Source: an uncultured Alphaproteobacteria bacterium
Lineage (GTDB): Bacteria; Pseudomonadota; Alphaproteobacteria; SP197
DNA: 64,000 bases
NCBI GenBank assembly: GCA_943787175.1
Contig: CALSLK010000016.1
Span: 34,649-98,648, forward strand
Direction: 5' to 3'
Positions 42,408-51,448 of this stretch are shown here, piece by piece. How positions within the stretch are numbered: position 1 is the first letter of the stretch; each line of letters opens with the position of its first letter. The notes beneath the pieces were generated by a model. That model was not told where the DNA came from. It was given only the letters and a program-made list of their open reading frames with translations, and did no database searches. The position numbers were made by a program, and so were the translations under genes.

Positions 42408-43358
42408 ATGAATCCTGAACTCGCTATCGATATTCGCGGTCTCAAGAAGACCTATGGCAAGGGCCCCAACGCCAAGGAAGCGCTCAAGGGCGTTGATCTG
42501 GATGTGCGCCGGGGCTCATTTTTTGGCCTGCTGGGCCCCAACGGAGCCGGCAAGTCGACCATGATCAACATTCTGGCGGGCCTTGTGGTCAAGACGGCCG
42601 GCGAAGCCGATATCTGGGGCTGGGATATTGCGCGCAATCCGCGTGAAGCCAAGCGGGCCATTGGTGTGGTGCCTCAGGAACTCAATATAGATCCCTTCTT
42701 CTCCCCGCGTGAGGCGCTCGAGCTGCAGGCGGGCCTTTATGGTGTGCCGAAAAAGGCGCGCCGTACCGACGAGATCCTGAATGCTGTTGGTCTGACTGAA
42801 CAGGCAGACAGCTATGCCCGCAGTCTTTCGGGAGGCATGCGCCGCAGGCTGCTGGTTGCCAAGGCAATGGTCCATAATCCGCCTGTAATCGTCCTTGATG
42901 AGCCGACGGCTGGCGTTGATGTGGAGTTGCGCCGCACCTTCTGGACCTACATTCGCGGGCTCAACGAAGAAGGTGTGACCATTCTGCTCACGACTCACTA
43001 TCTGGAAGAGGCAGAGCGCTTTTGTGACGAGATTGCCATCATCGATCATGGCGAAGTGGTTGCGCGGGACACAACAGAAGGCCTGAAACGACGCCTTGAT
43101 CGCAAAACACTGACGATCAGGTTCGATCAGCGTCTTGACGCTATTCCGGAATCTCTGTCTGGGCTTGATTGCAAACTGACTCAGCATGGCCGTTTACAGA
43201 TCCGCTATCGTTCCAGCGAAGCGCATCTCGGCACGGTTCTGGGCCAGGTCCATCAGGCCGGTTTGACGATTGCCGACCTTTCGACGACCGAAGGTGATCT
43301 TGAGGATGTCTTTGTCGCGCTGACCGGCGATAACAATCCAGCTGATGCGGCCGAATAA
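42408..43358 (+). CDS. ABC transporter ATP-binding protein (YadG-like)
   Basis: GPNGAGKST, LSGGM, LDEPT. Confidence 0.9.
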   Translation: MNPELAIDIRGLKKTYGKGPNAKEALKGVDLDVRRGSFFGLLGPNGAGKSTMINILAGLVVKTAGEADIWGWDIARNPREAKRAIGVVPQELNIDPFFSPREALELQAGLYGVPKKARRTDEILNAVGLTEQADSYARSLSGGMRRRLLVAKAMVHNPPVIVLDEPTAGVDVELRRTFWTYIRGLNEEGVTILLTTHYLEEAERFCDEIAIIDHGEVVARDTTEGLKRRLDRKTLTIRFDQRLDAIPESLSGLDCKLTQHGRLQIRYRSSEAHLGTVLGQVHQAGLTIADLSTTEGDLEDVFVALTGDNNPADAAE

Positions 43359-43864
43359 TGGAGCGCTATCGAACTTCAATCACGAGTCCGATCGGTGTTG
43401 TGTGGATGGTGATCGCCAATGGGGCACTGGAGATACTGGATTTCGCCGACGATGACAGCACGCGCCTGGACGCCTTCATGGCCCGGCACTACCCCGACGG
43501 CTTGCCGCCGGAAAGTAGAGACACCACGGGAATTGCTTCTGGCATCACGGCCTACTTCGACGGTGATTTGGCGGCAATCGACCAGATTCCGGCCAACCCC
43601 AGGGGAACGCTCTTCCAGCAAGGCGTCTGGAAGACTTTGCGCAAGATTCCCAGTGGTCAGACGATCGCCTACAAAGAATTGGCCTCTCGGGCAGGCCGGC
43701 CAAAGGCAGTCCGTGCTGCCGGTGCCGCCAATGGCCAGAATCCCGTTTCAATCGTCGTTCCCTGCCATCGTGTGATCGGGTCGGACGGCTCACTTACGGG
43801 TTACGGCGGTGGTTTGTTGCGCAAGCAATGGTTGCTGCAGCACGAGGGTGCGCTCTGCTACTAG
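43358..43864 (+). CDS. ogt: Methylated-DNA--protein-cysteine methyltransferase
   Basis: PCHRV active site; RAAGAANGQNP. Confidence 0.9.
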   Translation: MERYRTSITSPIGVVWMVIANGALEILDFADDDSTRLDAFMARHYPDGLPPESRDTTGIASGITAYFDGDLAAIDQIPANPRGTLFQQGVWKTLRKIPSGQTIAYKELASRAGRPKAVRAAGAANGQNPVSIVVPCHRVIGSDGSLTGYGGGLLRKQWLLQHEGALCY

Positions 43865-43983
43865 TTCAGTCTGGCCGGCAAAAACACCATGGAATGAGCC
43901 ATTTTTGACTTTTCCCCGAGCTTCATTTTGGTATGTTTGAGGCGAGCGCCTGGATGGGGCTATAGACTAACACGGGGATTTAC

Positions 43984-44331
43984 ATGATCGAGAAAGACGT
44001 TGTTGGCGGGCTATCTAGCTTGGTTAACGCCAGAAAACTGACGGTCGAAGCCTATTTGCGCCAGTGTGCCTATCTGGGTGTTTCGATTTCTGCCGCACTG
44101 GTCGCCATTGGCGCGACACCTCCGGCGCAAGCCTCAACCGATACGGCTCTGGATACGCTGGAACGCGTCGTTCCGGCATCGGTCGCCATCTAGATCCAGC
44201 AGCTTGGTGAATCCGCGGCAACGGGCGCGGAAACCGACCTTGCTCAGTGGTATGACTGGGGAGATTGGGGCGATTGGGGCGACTGGGTCGACTGGGGAGA
44301 TTGGGGCGACTGGGGTGACTGGTGGAACTGA
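43984..44331 (+). pseudogene. RiPP precursor paralog 1, (WxD)9 core, in-frame TAG at 44191-44193
   Basis: Reading through the TAG gives ...[49 protein letters not shown]; leader homologous to paralog 2. Confidence 0.75.
44248..44328 (+). repeat. 9-bp coding tandem repeat, 9 units (TGG-NNN-GAY)
   Basis: Read directly from the sequence. Confidence 0.95.
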
Positions 44332-44383
44332 TCCCGATCCAGTGATGTCAGTTTTCTGACTCCTAAAATTTGTGACGACCATC

Positions 44384-44422
44384 ACGCCCGTGGCGCTACA
44401 TGCGCCGCGGGCGTAGGTTTTT
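44384..44422 (+). terminator. Terminator-like hairpin after precursor 1
   Basis: ACGCCCGTGGCGC/GCGCCGCGGGCGT stem followed by a T-tract. Confidence 0.5.
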
Positions 44423-44750
44423 CCGGTTCCCGGCGTGAAGAGCACAAGTAACGCGAAACAATTGGAGCCCGCCGGCAACGGCTTGTTCCGGGGGATAGAG
44501 GGAAAATCATGGTTGCGTTCACGGCACGAGAATTTGCGACCAGGTCACGGTTTTGCCCGGTTTCGCTTTCGATGCAGATTGCGGGTCGTCTTGGGCTCCA
44601 ACATTAACCATACTGTGCGATGACTGATAGTCGGAAGTCCGCTATCGGGGGCAATGACGGAATGTGGATGGCGATGCGGAACTATTCGGATCACGCCGCA
44701 GATCAACAACCAACGTCTGGGTCGTAAGACCAAGAACCACGGGGATTAAG

Positions 44751-45293
44751 ATGATTGAGAAAAGCATCGTTACTAACCTTTCTGGCCTGGTGAAGGAGAA
44801 GAAACTCTCCGTCCCTGCCTATCTGAAGCAATGTGCCTATCTGGGCATTTCGCTCGGTCTTGCAACAGCCGCCATTGGCATTGTTGCCAAGGCGGAAGCT
44901 TCGACCGGCGACAGCAAGACAGCGACCATGTCCGCGCTTGCCAACATCGTCTCGGCCAATGAGGCCGGTGACATTGCCAGCATCCTGCACGAAAGCGGTG
45001 TTGCCGGCGCCGAAACCGACCTCGCCCAATGGTACGACTGGGGTGACTGGGTCGATTGGGGCGACTGGGGTGATTGGTATGATTGGGCGGATTGGGGCGA
45101 CTGGGGCGACTGGGGTGACTGGGTCGACTGGGCTGACTGGTCCGATTGGTACAACTGGGATGACTGGGGCGACTGGGGTGACTGGTACGATTGGGCGGAC
45201 TGGGGTGACTGGGCCGACTGGGGTGACTGGGCCGACTGGGGTGACTGGGTCGACTGGGGTGACTGGGGTGACTGGGGCGATTGGTGGAACTGA
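44751..45293 (+). CDS. RiPP precursor paralog 2, 93-aa leader plus (WxD)29 core (GrrA/OscA-like architecture)
   Basis: ATG 44751 after GGGGA; hydrophobic N-terminal segment with AEA; GAETDLAQ junction; 87-aa core of 29 W-x-D/N triplets; rSAM gene downstream. Confidence 0.8.
   Translation: MIEKSIVTNLSGLVKEKKLSVPAYLKQCAYLGISLGLATAAIGIVAKAEASTGDSKTATMSALANIVSANEAGDIASILHESGVAGAETDLAQWYDWGDWVDWGDWGDWYDWADWGDWGDWGDWVDWADWSDWYNWDDWGDWGDWYDWADWGDWADWGDWADWGDWVDWGDWGDWGDWWN
45030..45290 (+). repeat. 9-bp coding tandem repeat, 29 units (TGG-NNN-GAY)
   Basis: 261 nt; every first codon is TGG. Confidence 0.95.
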
Positions 45294-45390
45294 TCGCGTA
45301 CCCCGCGAACGTCTGACCGGATTTGATCCGGCCTTAGCGAACAAGACAGCTGCCTGATCCGGCAGTTGAAGCTGACAAGACGATATGCAG

Positions 45391-45424
45391 CCGGAACGGT
45401 TTGACGACCGTTGAGCCGTTCCGG
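45391..45424 (+). promoter_or_regulatory. Intergenic hairpin between precursor and maturase
   Basis: CCGGAACGG...CCGTTCCGG stem without a U-tract; may stabilise precursor mRNA (inference). Confidence 0.45.
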
Positions 45425-45453
45425 TGTGCGTATGCGTACGGAGAAACTTTGCC

Positions 45454-46704
45454 ATGACACAAGTCGCATCAGAGCAGCAGACAACATCTGCGCCAAAGCC
45501 CAAGAAAAAACGGTTGCCGCCTCACAGCGTGGGCCCTTTGAACCTGCTGGTCCTGCAGCCGACACCGTTCTGCAATCTCGATTGCGCCTATTGTTATCTG
45601 CCCGGACGCACCAAAAAGGACCGTATGCCGATCGAGACGGCCGAAAAGTCCATTGTGCGCGCGATGGAATCAGGCCTGGTGGCCAAGAAATTCTCCATTG
45701 TCTGGCACGCCGGCGAACCGCTGGTGATGGAAAAGGACTGGTACCGCGAAGCCGACAAGCTGGTGCAGAAGCACTGCAAGGGCGTCGAGGTCACACACAA
45801 CTTTCAGACCAATGCCGTGCTGGTGACCGATTCCTGGTGCGATCTTTTCAAGTCCATGAACACCCGCATGGGTGTCAGCATCGACGGGCCCCAGCACATT
45901 CATGATGCCTATCGTAAGACACGGGCTGGTAAAGGCACGCACAAGTCGGTCATGAAGGGCGTTGAGTGTCTGCACAAGAATGACATTCCATTCCACGTCA
46001 TTGCTGTGGTGACCAAGGATTTCCTTCAGGATTATGAAGCCGCACTCGACTTCTTCGAGGACGTCGGCATGACCAGTGTTGGTTTCAATGTCGAGGAATT
46101 CGAGGGCAATCATGAAGATACCTCGCTCGATCACAACGCGGGAACACGCCATCTCTTCCGCGAATTCACGCGTGAATGTTACAAGCGCCATAGCGCTGGT
46201 CGATTGAACATCCGTGAAGTGCGCGAATACGAAAAGTTCATTCAGCATGCCGACAAGCCGCGCCTCATGAAGACGCAGCAGACGGTGCCGTTCCGTATCA
46301 TCACGGTCGGCCATGACGGCGACTTCTCATCCTTCTCGCCGGAACTGCATGCCATGGAAATGAACGGTGAGCCGTTTGTCTTCGGCAACGTTCACGACAA
46401 CGCCTATCTTGACGCTTTCGCCAATCCGATGTTTGCGCGTTACATGAACGAGATCATCGAGGGCTATAGCGCGTGCAAGAAATCGTGTGCCTTCTTCGAT
46501 GTCTGTGCCGGCGGTTCGCCGGGCAACAAGCAGTTCGAGCTGGGTACGATGGCTGGAACCGAAACCCTGTTCTGTGATTATCGCGTCAAGGAAACCGTCA
46601 CCATCCTGCGTGACGAGATGGGCCTGGATCCCATTGTTGATGATCATCCAGCCCTGATGCCACAGGCTTCAGCGGCTGCTGCAGAGTTCAGCAAGACCCG
46701 ATAA
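45454..46704 (+). CDS. Radical SAM/SPASM peptide maturase, GrrM/OscB-like (cyclophane-forming)
   Basis: LLVLQPTPFCNLDCAYCYLP (CxxxCxxC), WHAGEPL, VSIDGP, SFSPEL, SPASM CKKSCAFFDVCAGGSPGNK...ETLFC. Confidence 0.85.
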   Translation: MTQVASEQQTTSAPKPKKKRLPPHSVGPLNLLVLQPTPFCNLDCAYCYLPGRTKKDRMPIETAEKSIVRAMESGLVAKKFSIVWHAGEPLVMEKDWYREADKLVQKHCKGVEVTHNFQTNAVLVTDSWCDLFKSMNTRMGVSIDGPQHIHDAYRKTRAGKGTHKSVMKGVECLHKNDIPFHVIAVVTKDFLQDYEAALDFFEDVGMTSVGFNVEEFEGNHEDTSLDHNAGTRHLFREFTRECYKRHSAGRLNIREVREYEKFIQHADKPRLMKTQQTVPFRIITVGHDGDFSSFSPELHAMEMNGEPFVFGNVHDNAYLDAFANPMFARYMNEIIEGYSACKKSCAFFDVCAGGSPGNKQFELGTMAGTETLFCDYRVKETVTILRDEMGLDPIVDDHPALMPQASAAAAEFSKTR

Positions 46705-46722
46705 TCAGACTTGAATGCAAGT

Positions 46723-46760
46723 ATCCCGGCGGCGCGTCCTGCGCCTGCCGGGATTTTTTT
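46723..46760 (+). terminator. Intrinsic terminator ending the rSAM operon
   Basis: ATCCCGGC...GCCGGGAT stem followed by a T-tract. Confidence 0.8.
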
Positions 46761-46766
46761 GTGTTT

Positions 46767-47138
46767 CTAGCGCAGAAGCGGCCATGGCGAACGGAAGTAA
46801 GTCAGTCCTTCGAACATGACTCCGTCATCGCAGGTCTTGATCAACGCAGTTCCTTCAGCCGCTGTGCCCTTCAGGACCCACCAGTACCATTCAGTCAGAA
46901 TACCGTCCTTGTCCTGAATGGTGCGATCGGTCATCTCGAAATCAAAGCTGCCACCAAGCGCAGCGGCTCGCTTTGGCCAGACTGGCATATACGCCACCAA
47001 CATGTTGGCAGTAACGGGTTTGGGGTCCACGGGGTCGTCAAATCTGAAATCCCCCGTGATCGATGCCATGAGTTTTTCGGGATCTGCATGATCCCAACCT
47101 TCTATGTAGCGTGCGCGATGGGCTTCACGTGGTGACAT
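46767..47138 (-). CDS. SnoaL/NTF2-like protein
   Basis: YIEGWDHADPEKLMASITGDFRFDDP pattern. Confidence 0.6.
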   Translation of the reverse strand: MSPREAHRARYIEGWDHADPEKLMASITGDFRFDDPVDPKPVTANMLVAYMPVWPKRAAALGGSFDFEMTDRTIQDKDGILTEWYWWVLKGTAAEGTALIKTCDDGVMFEGLTYFRSPWPLLR

Positions 47139-47276
47139 GGCCGTGTTCCTGAAGTTTGGTGATCCCCGTAAGATTGATGATCTCGCGCAGCCTGTCCATG
47201 GTTGGACAGGCTGGATCTACTCCATCACTCTGCTTGTTCCGGCATGCGTTCCGCCGTATGGTCCGCGCCGCTCAGC

Positions 47277-47353
<77 letters not shown>

Positions 47354-47531
47354 TTTGTGCTCTTCAATCAGATGGCTGGCATACTGGATTTTGGCGCTCA
47401 GGCCCTGCAGATTGGGCCAGATTGTGGCCCCAGCTCACATGAGAGGCATCGCATTCACGTTCACCAAGCTAGTGGCGGGCCCTCGGGTCAGCTATGATTG
47501 AGTTCGAGCGAAATGTCATAGAGCGGATACC

Positions 47532-48719
47532 GTGGAACGAAGACTCGCAGCGATTCTTGCAGCGGATGTCGTCAGCTATTCCAAACTCATGGAGCTGGAC
47601 GAGACGGGAACGCATGCCCGGATGCAGACTTGGGATGAGTCTGTCGTGGTGCCCGTTGTGGCAAAACACGGTGGCCGCATTGTAAAACGCATGGGCGACG
47701 GATTCCTGGTCGAGTTCCCCAGCGCCGTGGTTGCCGTTGCTTGTGCGGTCGACTGGCAGGACGCCATGGTCGAGTGGCGAGAATCCGAAGGCCATGAGAA
47801 CCCTCTGCGCATTCGCATCGGGCTTCACCTGGGCGATATCATTTCGCGCGACGACGACATTTTCGGCAATGGTGTGAACATTGCTGCGCGTCTGGAAACA
47901 CTCTCGCCGCCCGATGGAATCTGCCTGTCTGAAGATATTTACCGTCACATTACCCAGGTGCCCGGCTGGCGTTACTCGAATCTGGGGGCGCGGGAACTCA
48001 AGAACATCCAGGCATCGCTGACAGTCTGGTCACTGACCAAGGAAACAAACCAGCGACGGCAAATGCCTTTCTGGAAATTGCCCCGTCGAACCAGACGTCT
48101 GGTGACCAACCTGGCTGTTGCCGTGTCTCTGGTGGCTTCACTGGCCAAGGTCGTGGAAGTCATTAAGGCCAGAGATCTACAATCGATTGATACTGTAAAA
48201 CCAATTCTGGCGGCGACCAAAAAGACGGCCTCTGACGTTGATGTTGTTACTGAGCCTGGAACTGATGTTGCGCAGGCACTGGTCATCCTGCCTTTGGATG
48301 TCTTCGGAAAGACTGATGAGAATGAACTTGATGGCCATGCAGATGGCTTTGTCGAGGATCTGACAACCGACCTTGCGCAAAGCTCTGACTTCAGTGTGAT
48401 TTCACGCAGATCGGCCTTCAAATTCCAGGACGGAGATTACGAGATCACACAGATCGCCAAGATCCTTGATGTAGACTATCTGATTGAAGGTAGTTTCAGG
48501 CTGGTCGGCGACAAGATTCGGATCAACATCCAGTTTATTGATGGCCTCGATGGGTCTCATGAATGGGCGATCCGCGAAGATGTCATTGTTCACGACCTCG
48601 ATGATTTTCGCATCAACATCGAATCCAAAATCGTTGGATTCATGGTCCATCTAAGGGCTGTACCAGACGAGAGCATGCTCAAGGCCGAACAGCCTGAGAG
48701 GCTGGAAGAAGATATCTAG
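47532..48719 (+). CDS. Class III adenylate/guanylate cyclase with TM segment and TolB_N-like domain
   Basis: ERRLAAILAADVVSYS, MGDGFLVEF, FGNGVNIAARL; C-terminal LVILPLDV...DGFVEDLTTDL. Confidence 0.85.
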   Translation: MERRLAAILAADVVSYSKLMELDETGTHARMQTWDESVVVPVVAKHGGRIVKRMGDGFLVEFPSAVVAVACAVDWQDAMVEWRESEGHENPLRIRIGLHLGDIISRDDDIFGNGVNIAARLETLSPPDGICLSEDIYRHITQVPGWRYSNLGARELKNIQASLTVWSLTKETNQRRQMPFWKLPRRTRRLVTNLAVAVSLVASLAKVVEVIKARDLQSIDTVKPILAATKKTASDVDVVTEPGTDVAQALVILPLDVFGKTDENELDGHADGFVEDLTTDLAQSSDFSVISRRSAFKFQDGDYEITQIAKILDVDYLIEGSFRLVGDKIRINIQFIDGLDGSHEWAIREDVIVHDLDDFRINIESKIVGFMVHLRAVPDESMLKAEQPERLEEDI

Positions 48720-48915
48720 CCCGGCCTGAGGCGTCCGATTCCACAACACTGCCAGATGCTTGTCTTTAATCAGTGCATCTGTCCATCGTACGAAGTTTCT
48801 GGCGACATCGTCGCCTGGCGATGTCGTTGATTTTTCATGCAAAACCCATGAATGTGTTTCCAAAGCGGCGTCGCATATCGCGCGTTGCATGAAGCAATTG
48901 ACGGGTGATTTAGGC

Positions 48916-49803
48916 ATGAACGGCTATGAAAAACTGATGGCGCGAATCCAGGCTGGCGAGCGCATCGTCATCGATGGCGCCACGGGTACCGAGGTCGATC
49001 GTCGGGGCGTGCCGAAAATCGAGAATGCCTGGAATGGCGGAGGAACGCTCAGCCATCCTGAAATCGTGCGTGAGATTCATCAGGACTACATTCGCCATGG
49101 TGCCGAGATCGTGATTTCAAACACCTTCCCGACCCATCGCCATTGTCTGCGCGATGCCGGCGTTGAGGATCAGTTCGAGGCGTTCAATCGCCGCGCCGTA
49201 GAACTTTGCATCGAGGCACGCACGCTGATGAACAAGCCCGACGTGCTGGTTGCCGGCGGTATGTCCTACTGGTCCTTCATTGATCGCCACCCACCGCTGG
49301 AGGAGCTGCTGAAAGATGCAACGGAGCAGGCAGCGATTATGGCCAAAGCCGGTGCTGATCTTCTGATGCTTGAAATGATGGTCGACATCGACCGCATGCT
49401 GGTCTTGCTTGAGGCAGCGCAGGCGAGCGGGTTGCCTGTCTGGGTTGGGTTCTCCATGCAGCCCGATGACGCCGGAAACATGTGCCTCTTCAGCGGCGAA
49501 CCACTCAAGGATGCCCTGGCAGCTCTGGACGGACGAGGCGTGCCACTGGTCAATGTCATGCATACCGAAGTGCGCGACGTGAACGTCTGTCTTGATGTCG
49601 TTGCGGAGAACTGGAATGGCCTGGTTGGTGTTTATGCCCATACCGGCGACATGGTGGATGGCAATTGGGTCTTCGACGGGATCATTACGCCTGAGGACTA
49701 TGCTGTCGCGGCGCGTGGCTGGCTGGACCGTGACATCAACGTGGTAGGCGGCTGCTGCGGAATCTGGCCAGAACATATCGGCGCCGTCTGCGAAATTGTC
49801 TGA
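48916..49803 (+). CDS. Homocysteine S-methyltransferase family protein
   Basis: IDGATGTEV, HQDYIRHGAEIVISNTF, VGGCCG. Confidence 0.85.
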   Translation: MNGYEKLMARIQAGERIVIDGATGTEVDRRGVPKIENAWNGGGTLSHPEIVREIHQDYIRHGAEIVISNTFPTHRHCLRDAGVEDQFEAFNRRAVELCIEARTLMNKPDVLVAGGMSYWSFIDRHPPLEELLKDATEQAAIMAKAGADLLMLEMMVDIDRMLVLLEAAQASGLPVWVGFSMQPDDAGNMCLFSGEPLKDALAALDGRGVPLVNVMHTEVRDVNVCLDVVAENWNGLVGVYAHTGDMVDGNWVFDGIITPEDYAVAARGWLDRDINVVGGCCGIWPEHIGAVCEIV

Positions 49804-49896
49804 CCGGGCTGGCCTGGAGAATTTTTTGAGTTCTTCGCGTTGGCATGACGGCTGTGATCCGCGCTAGCATCCCTGCCGGACAAAGGGAGCAGATTC

Positions 49897-51138
49897 ATGG
49901 AATACCGCGACGAGGTCTATTTCGAGGCGCAGCCCGACAGGGAGCAGCCGTTTTCCGATGAGGAGTTCGCCAACCGGTTGAACCGCATCCGCCAGGCGAT
50001 GGCCGAAGCCGGGATCGACTGCCTGTTCCTGTCGTCGCCCGAAAGCATGTACTACGTCGCTGGCTATGTCTGCATGTGGTACCACACTGAAAGCCCCATG
50101 GAATGGTCGGCAACCAACGGCATTGCCGTTCATGTAGACCACGACCGCTTCATCCATTTCGAGACCGAGCGAGAGGCCGTGCTGACCCGCACGTTTTCCT
50201 GTTCGAAGGACACCCGATACTTTCCCAAGACAAGCTACCGCGATGGCATTGGCTATATCGCCGATGAGCTTAAGGCTGAGGGCTGGCTGAAGGGGAATCT
50301 CGGGCTCGAAATGCATGCCATGCGACCCAATCGAGCCGTTTCCGACCGCTTCCAGGCGGCCTTTGAAAGGGCCGGCGCAAAGGTGATCGACGGCAGTGCC
50401 ATCCTGCGCGAGGTCCGTTGGGTGAAGTCACTTGCCGAGATGGAATGTCTCAAGGAGAGCGCGCGTATCGCAACGGTTGGCCTGAAGCGGGCAGCTGAGG
50501 TGTTGCGTCCGGGTGTAACCGAGCTTGAAGTCCAGGGCGAGGTGACCTGCGCCATGGCTCGGGAAGGCGGCGAGATGCAGGCACAGTTGATGCCTGTTCT
50601 GTCGGGCAAGAAGTCCCTGGCGACCCATGCCATGGCGACAAGGCGCAAGATGCAGGCAGGTGAAACTGTTGCCATTGACGTTTGTGGTGTCTTCAAGCGC
50701 TATCACATCAATGCTGCGCGTACCTTCAGCCTGGGTGAGCCAGCCGCCGATGTGAAGGACGTCACGGATCGTGCGTCGGCTGTGATGGACGTTGTGCGCG
50801 ATTGCCTGCGGCCCAACCTTCCGATTCGCGAACTGAACGAGAAGGTGAAGGCGCATTATGACAAGGAAGACCTGTGGACCAGCCGGGGCTGGATCGGTGG
50901 TTACGAGATGGGCATTTCATTCCCATCCGATTGGGTTGGGAACTTTGTCTACGATCCGCTGTCCGAGAAGAACGCCGATCGGGTGTTCGAGCCGGGAACG
51001 GCTGTGAATCATGAAATCCAGGTTTTCATGCCGCGCCATGTCGGCCAGTTCTTCATGATCGAATCATTGTTGTTCGAAGAAGACAAAGCCAGCTTTGCCA
51101 CACCCGATGTGTCGTATGCGCTGAACGTCGTGGAATAG
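49897..51138 (+). CDS. M24 family (Xaa-Pro peptidase/creatinase-like) hydrolase
   Basis: Creatinase N-domain (RLNRIRQAMAEAGIDCLFLS) plus pita-bread domain. Confidence 0.8.
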   Translation: MEYRDEVYFEAQPDREQPFSDEEFANRLNRIRQAMAEAGIDCLFLSSPESMYYVAGYVCMWYHTESPMEWSATNGIAVHVDHDRFIHFETEREAVLTRTFSCSKDTRYFPKTSYRDGIGYIADELKAEGWLKGNLGLEMHAMRPNRAVSDRFQAAFERAGAKVIDGSAILREVRWVKSLAEMECLKESARIATVGLKRAAEVLRPGVTELEVQGEVTCAMAREGGEMQAQLMPVLSGKKSLATHAMATRRKMQAGETVAIDVCGVFKRYHINAARTFSLGEPAADVKDVTDRASAVMDVVRDCLRPNLPIRELNEKVKAHYDKEDLWTSRGWIGGYEMGISFPSDWVGNFVYDPLSEKNADRVFEPGTAVNHEIQVFMPRHVGQFFMIESLLFEEDKASFATPDVSYALNVVE

Positions 51139-51169
51139 GGATTCAATGGGCTTTTTTGGGGGTTTGGCT

Positions 51170-51448
51170 TTACCGGCCACGCACCCAGAACGCGAGGCCG
51201 ACCAAGAGAGCAATACCAACGCCCACGCCGACGATGATGGGATCAACATCGCCGAAAAGGCTGCTGATGTTGCGCATGGCGCGTGCGGCGCTGCCGGCCA
51301 GGCTGCCACCGTCGCGTTCGTTGCCGAACAGCAGCATGGCAACCACCGCACTGCCCATGAACAGGGTCGCGATGGCAAAGGTCTTGCAGATTTGTTTGAA
51401 CATGGGGTTGTTCCAGGCGGTGAACTCGATTGCTGCGGTCTGCGCCAT
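51170..51448 (-). CDS. Small two-TM hypothetical protein
   Basis: Two hydrophobic segments; RBS-like GGGAAAG upstream. Confidence 0.5.
   Translation of the reverse strand: MAQTAAIEFTAWNNPMFKQICKTFAIATLFMGSAVVAMLLFGNERDGGSLAGSAARAMRNISSLFGDVDPIIVGVGVGIALLVGLAFWVRGR

Noticed and set aside
42408-43358. ABC ATPase as the RiPP exporter
   Set aside because: It looks like a housekeeping YadG-type ATPase coupled to ogt, has no permease or C39 domain, and is separated from the precursors by an intergenic region.
43905-43937. Sigma70 promoter for precursor 1 (TTGACT...TATGTT)
   Set aside because: The 21-nt spacing is outside the normal range; it cannot be supported without TSS data.
45030-45290. Tandem repeats as a CRISPR array or non-coding VNTR
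   Set aside because: The unit is 9 bp with no spacers, no cas genes are present, and variation is confined to codon 2 and wobble positions, which indicates coding constraint.
44134-45565. Minus-strand and off-frame ORFs with (PVT/PIA)n, (SPQ)n or (TGV/TGA)n repeats resembling antifreeze or collagen-like proteins
   Set aside because: Shadow frames of the WxD repeat; only the WxD frame has an RBS, a paralogous leader and an adjacent maturase.
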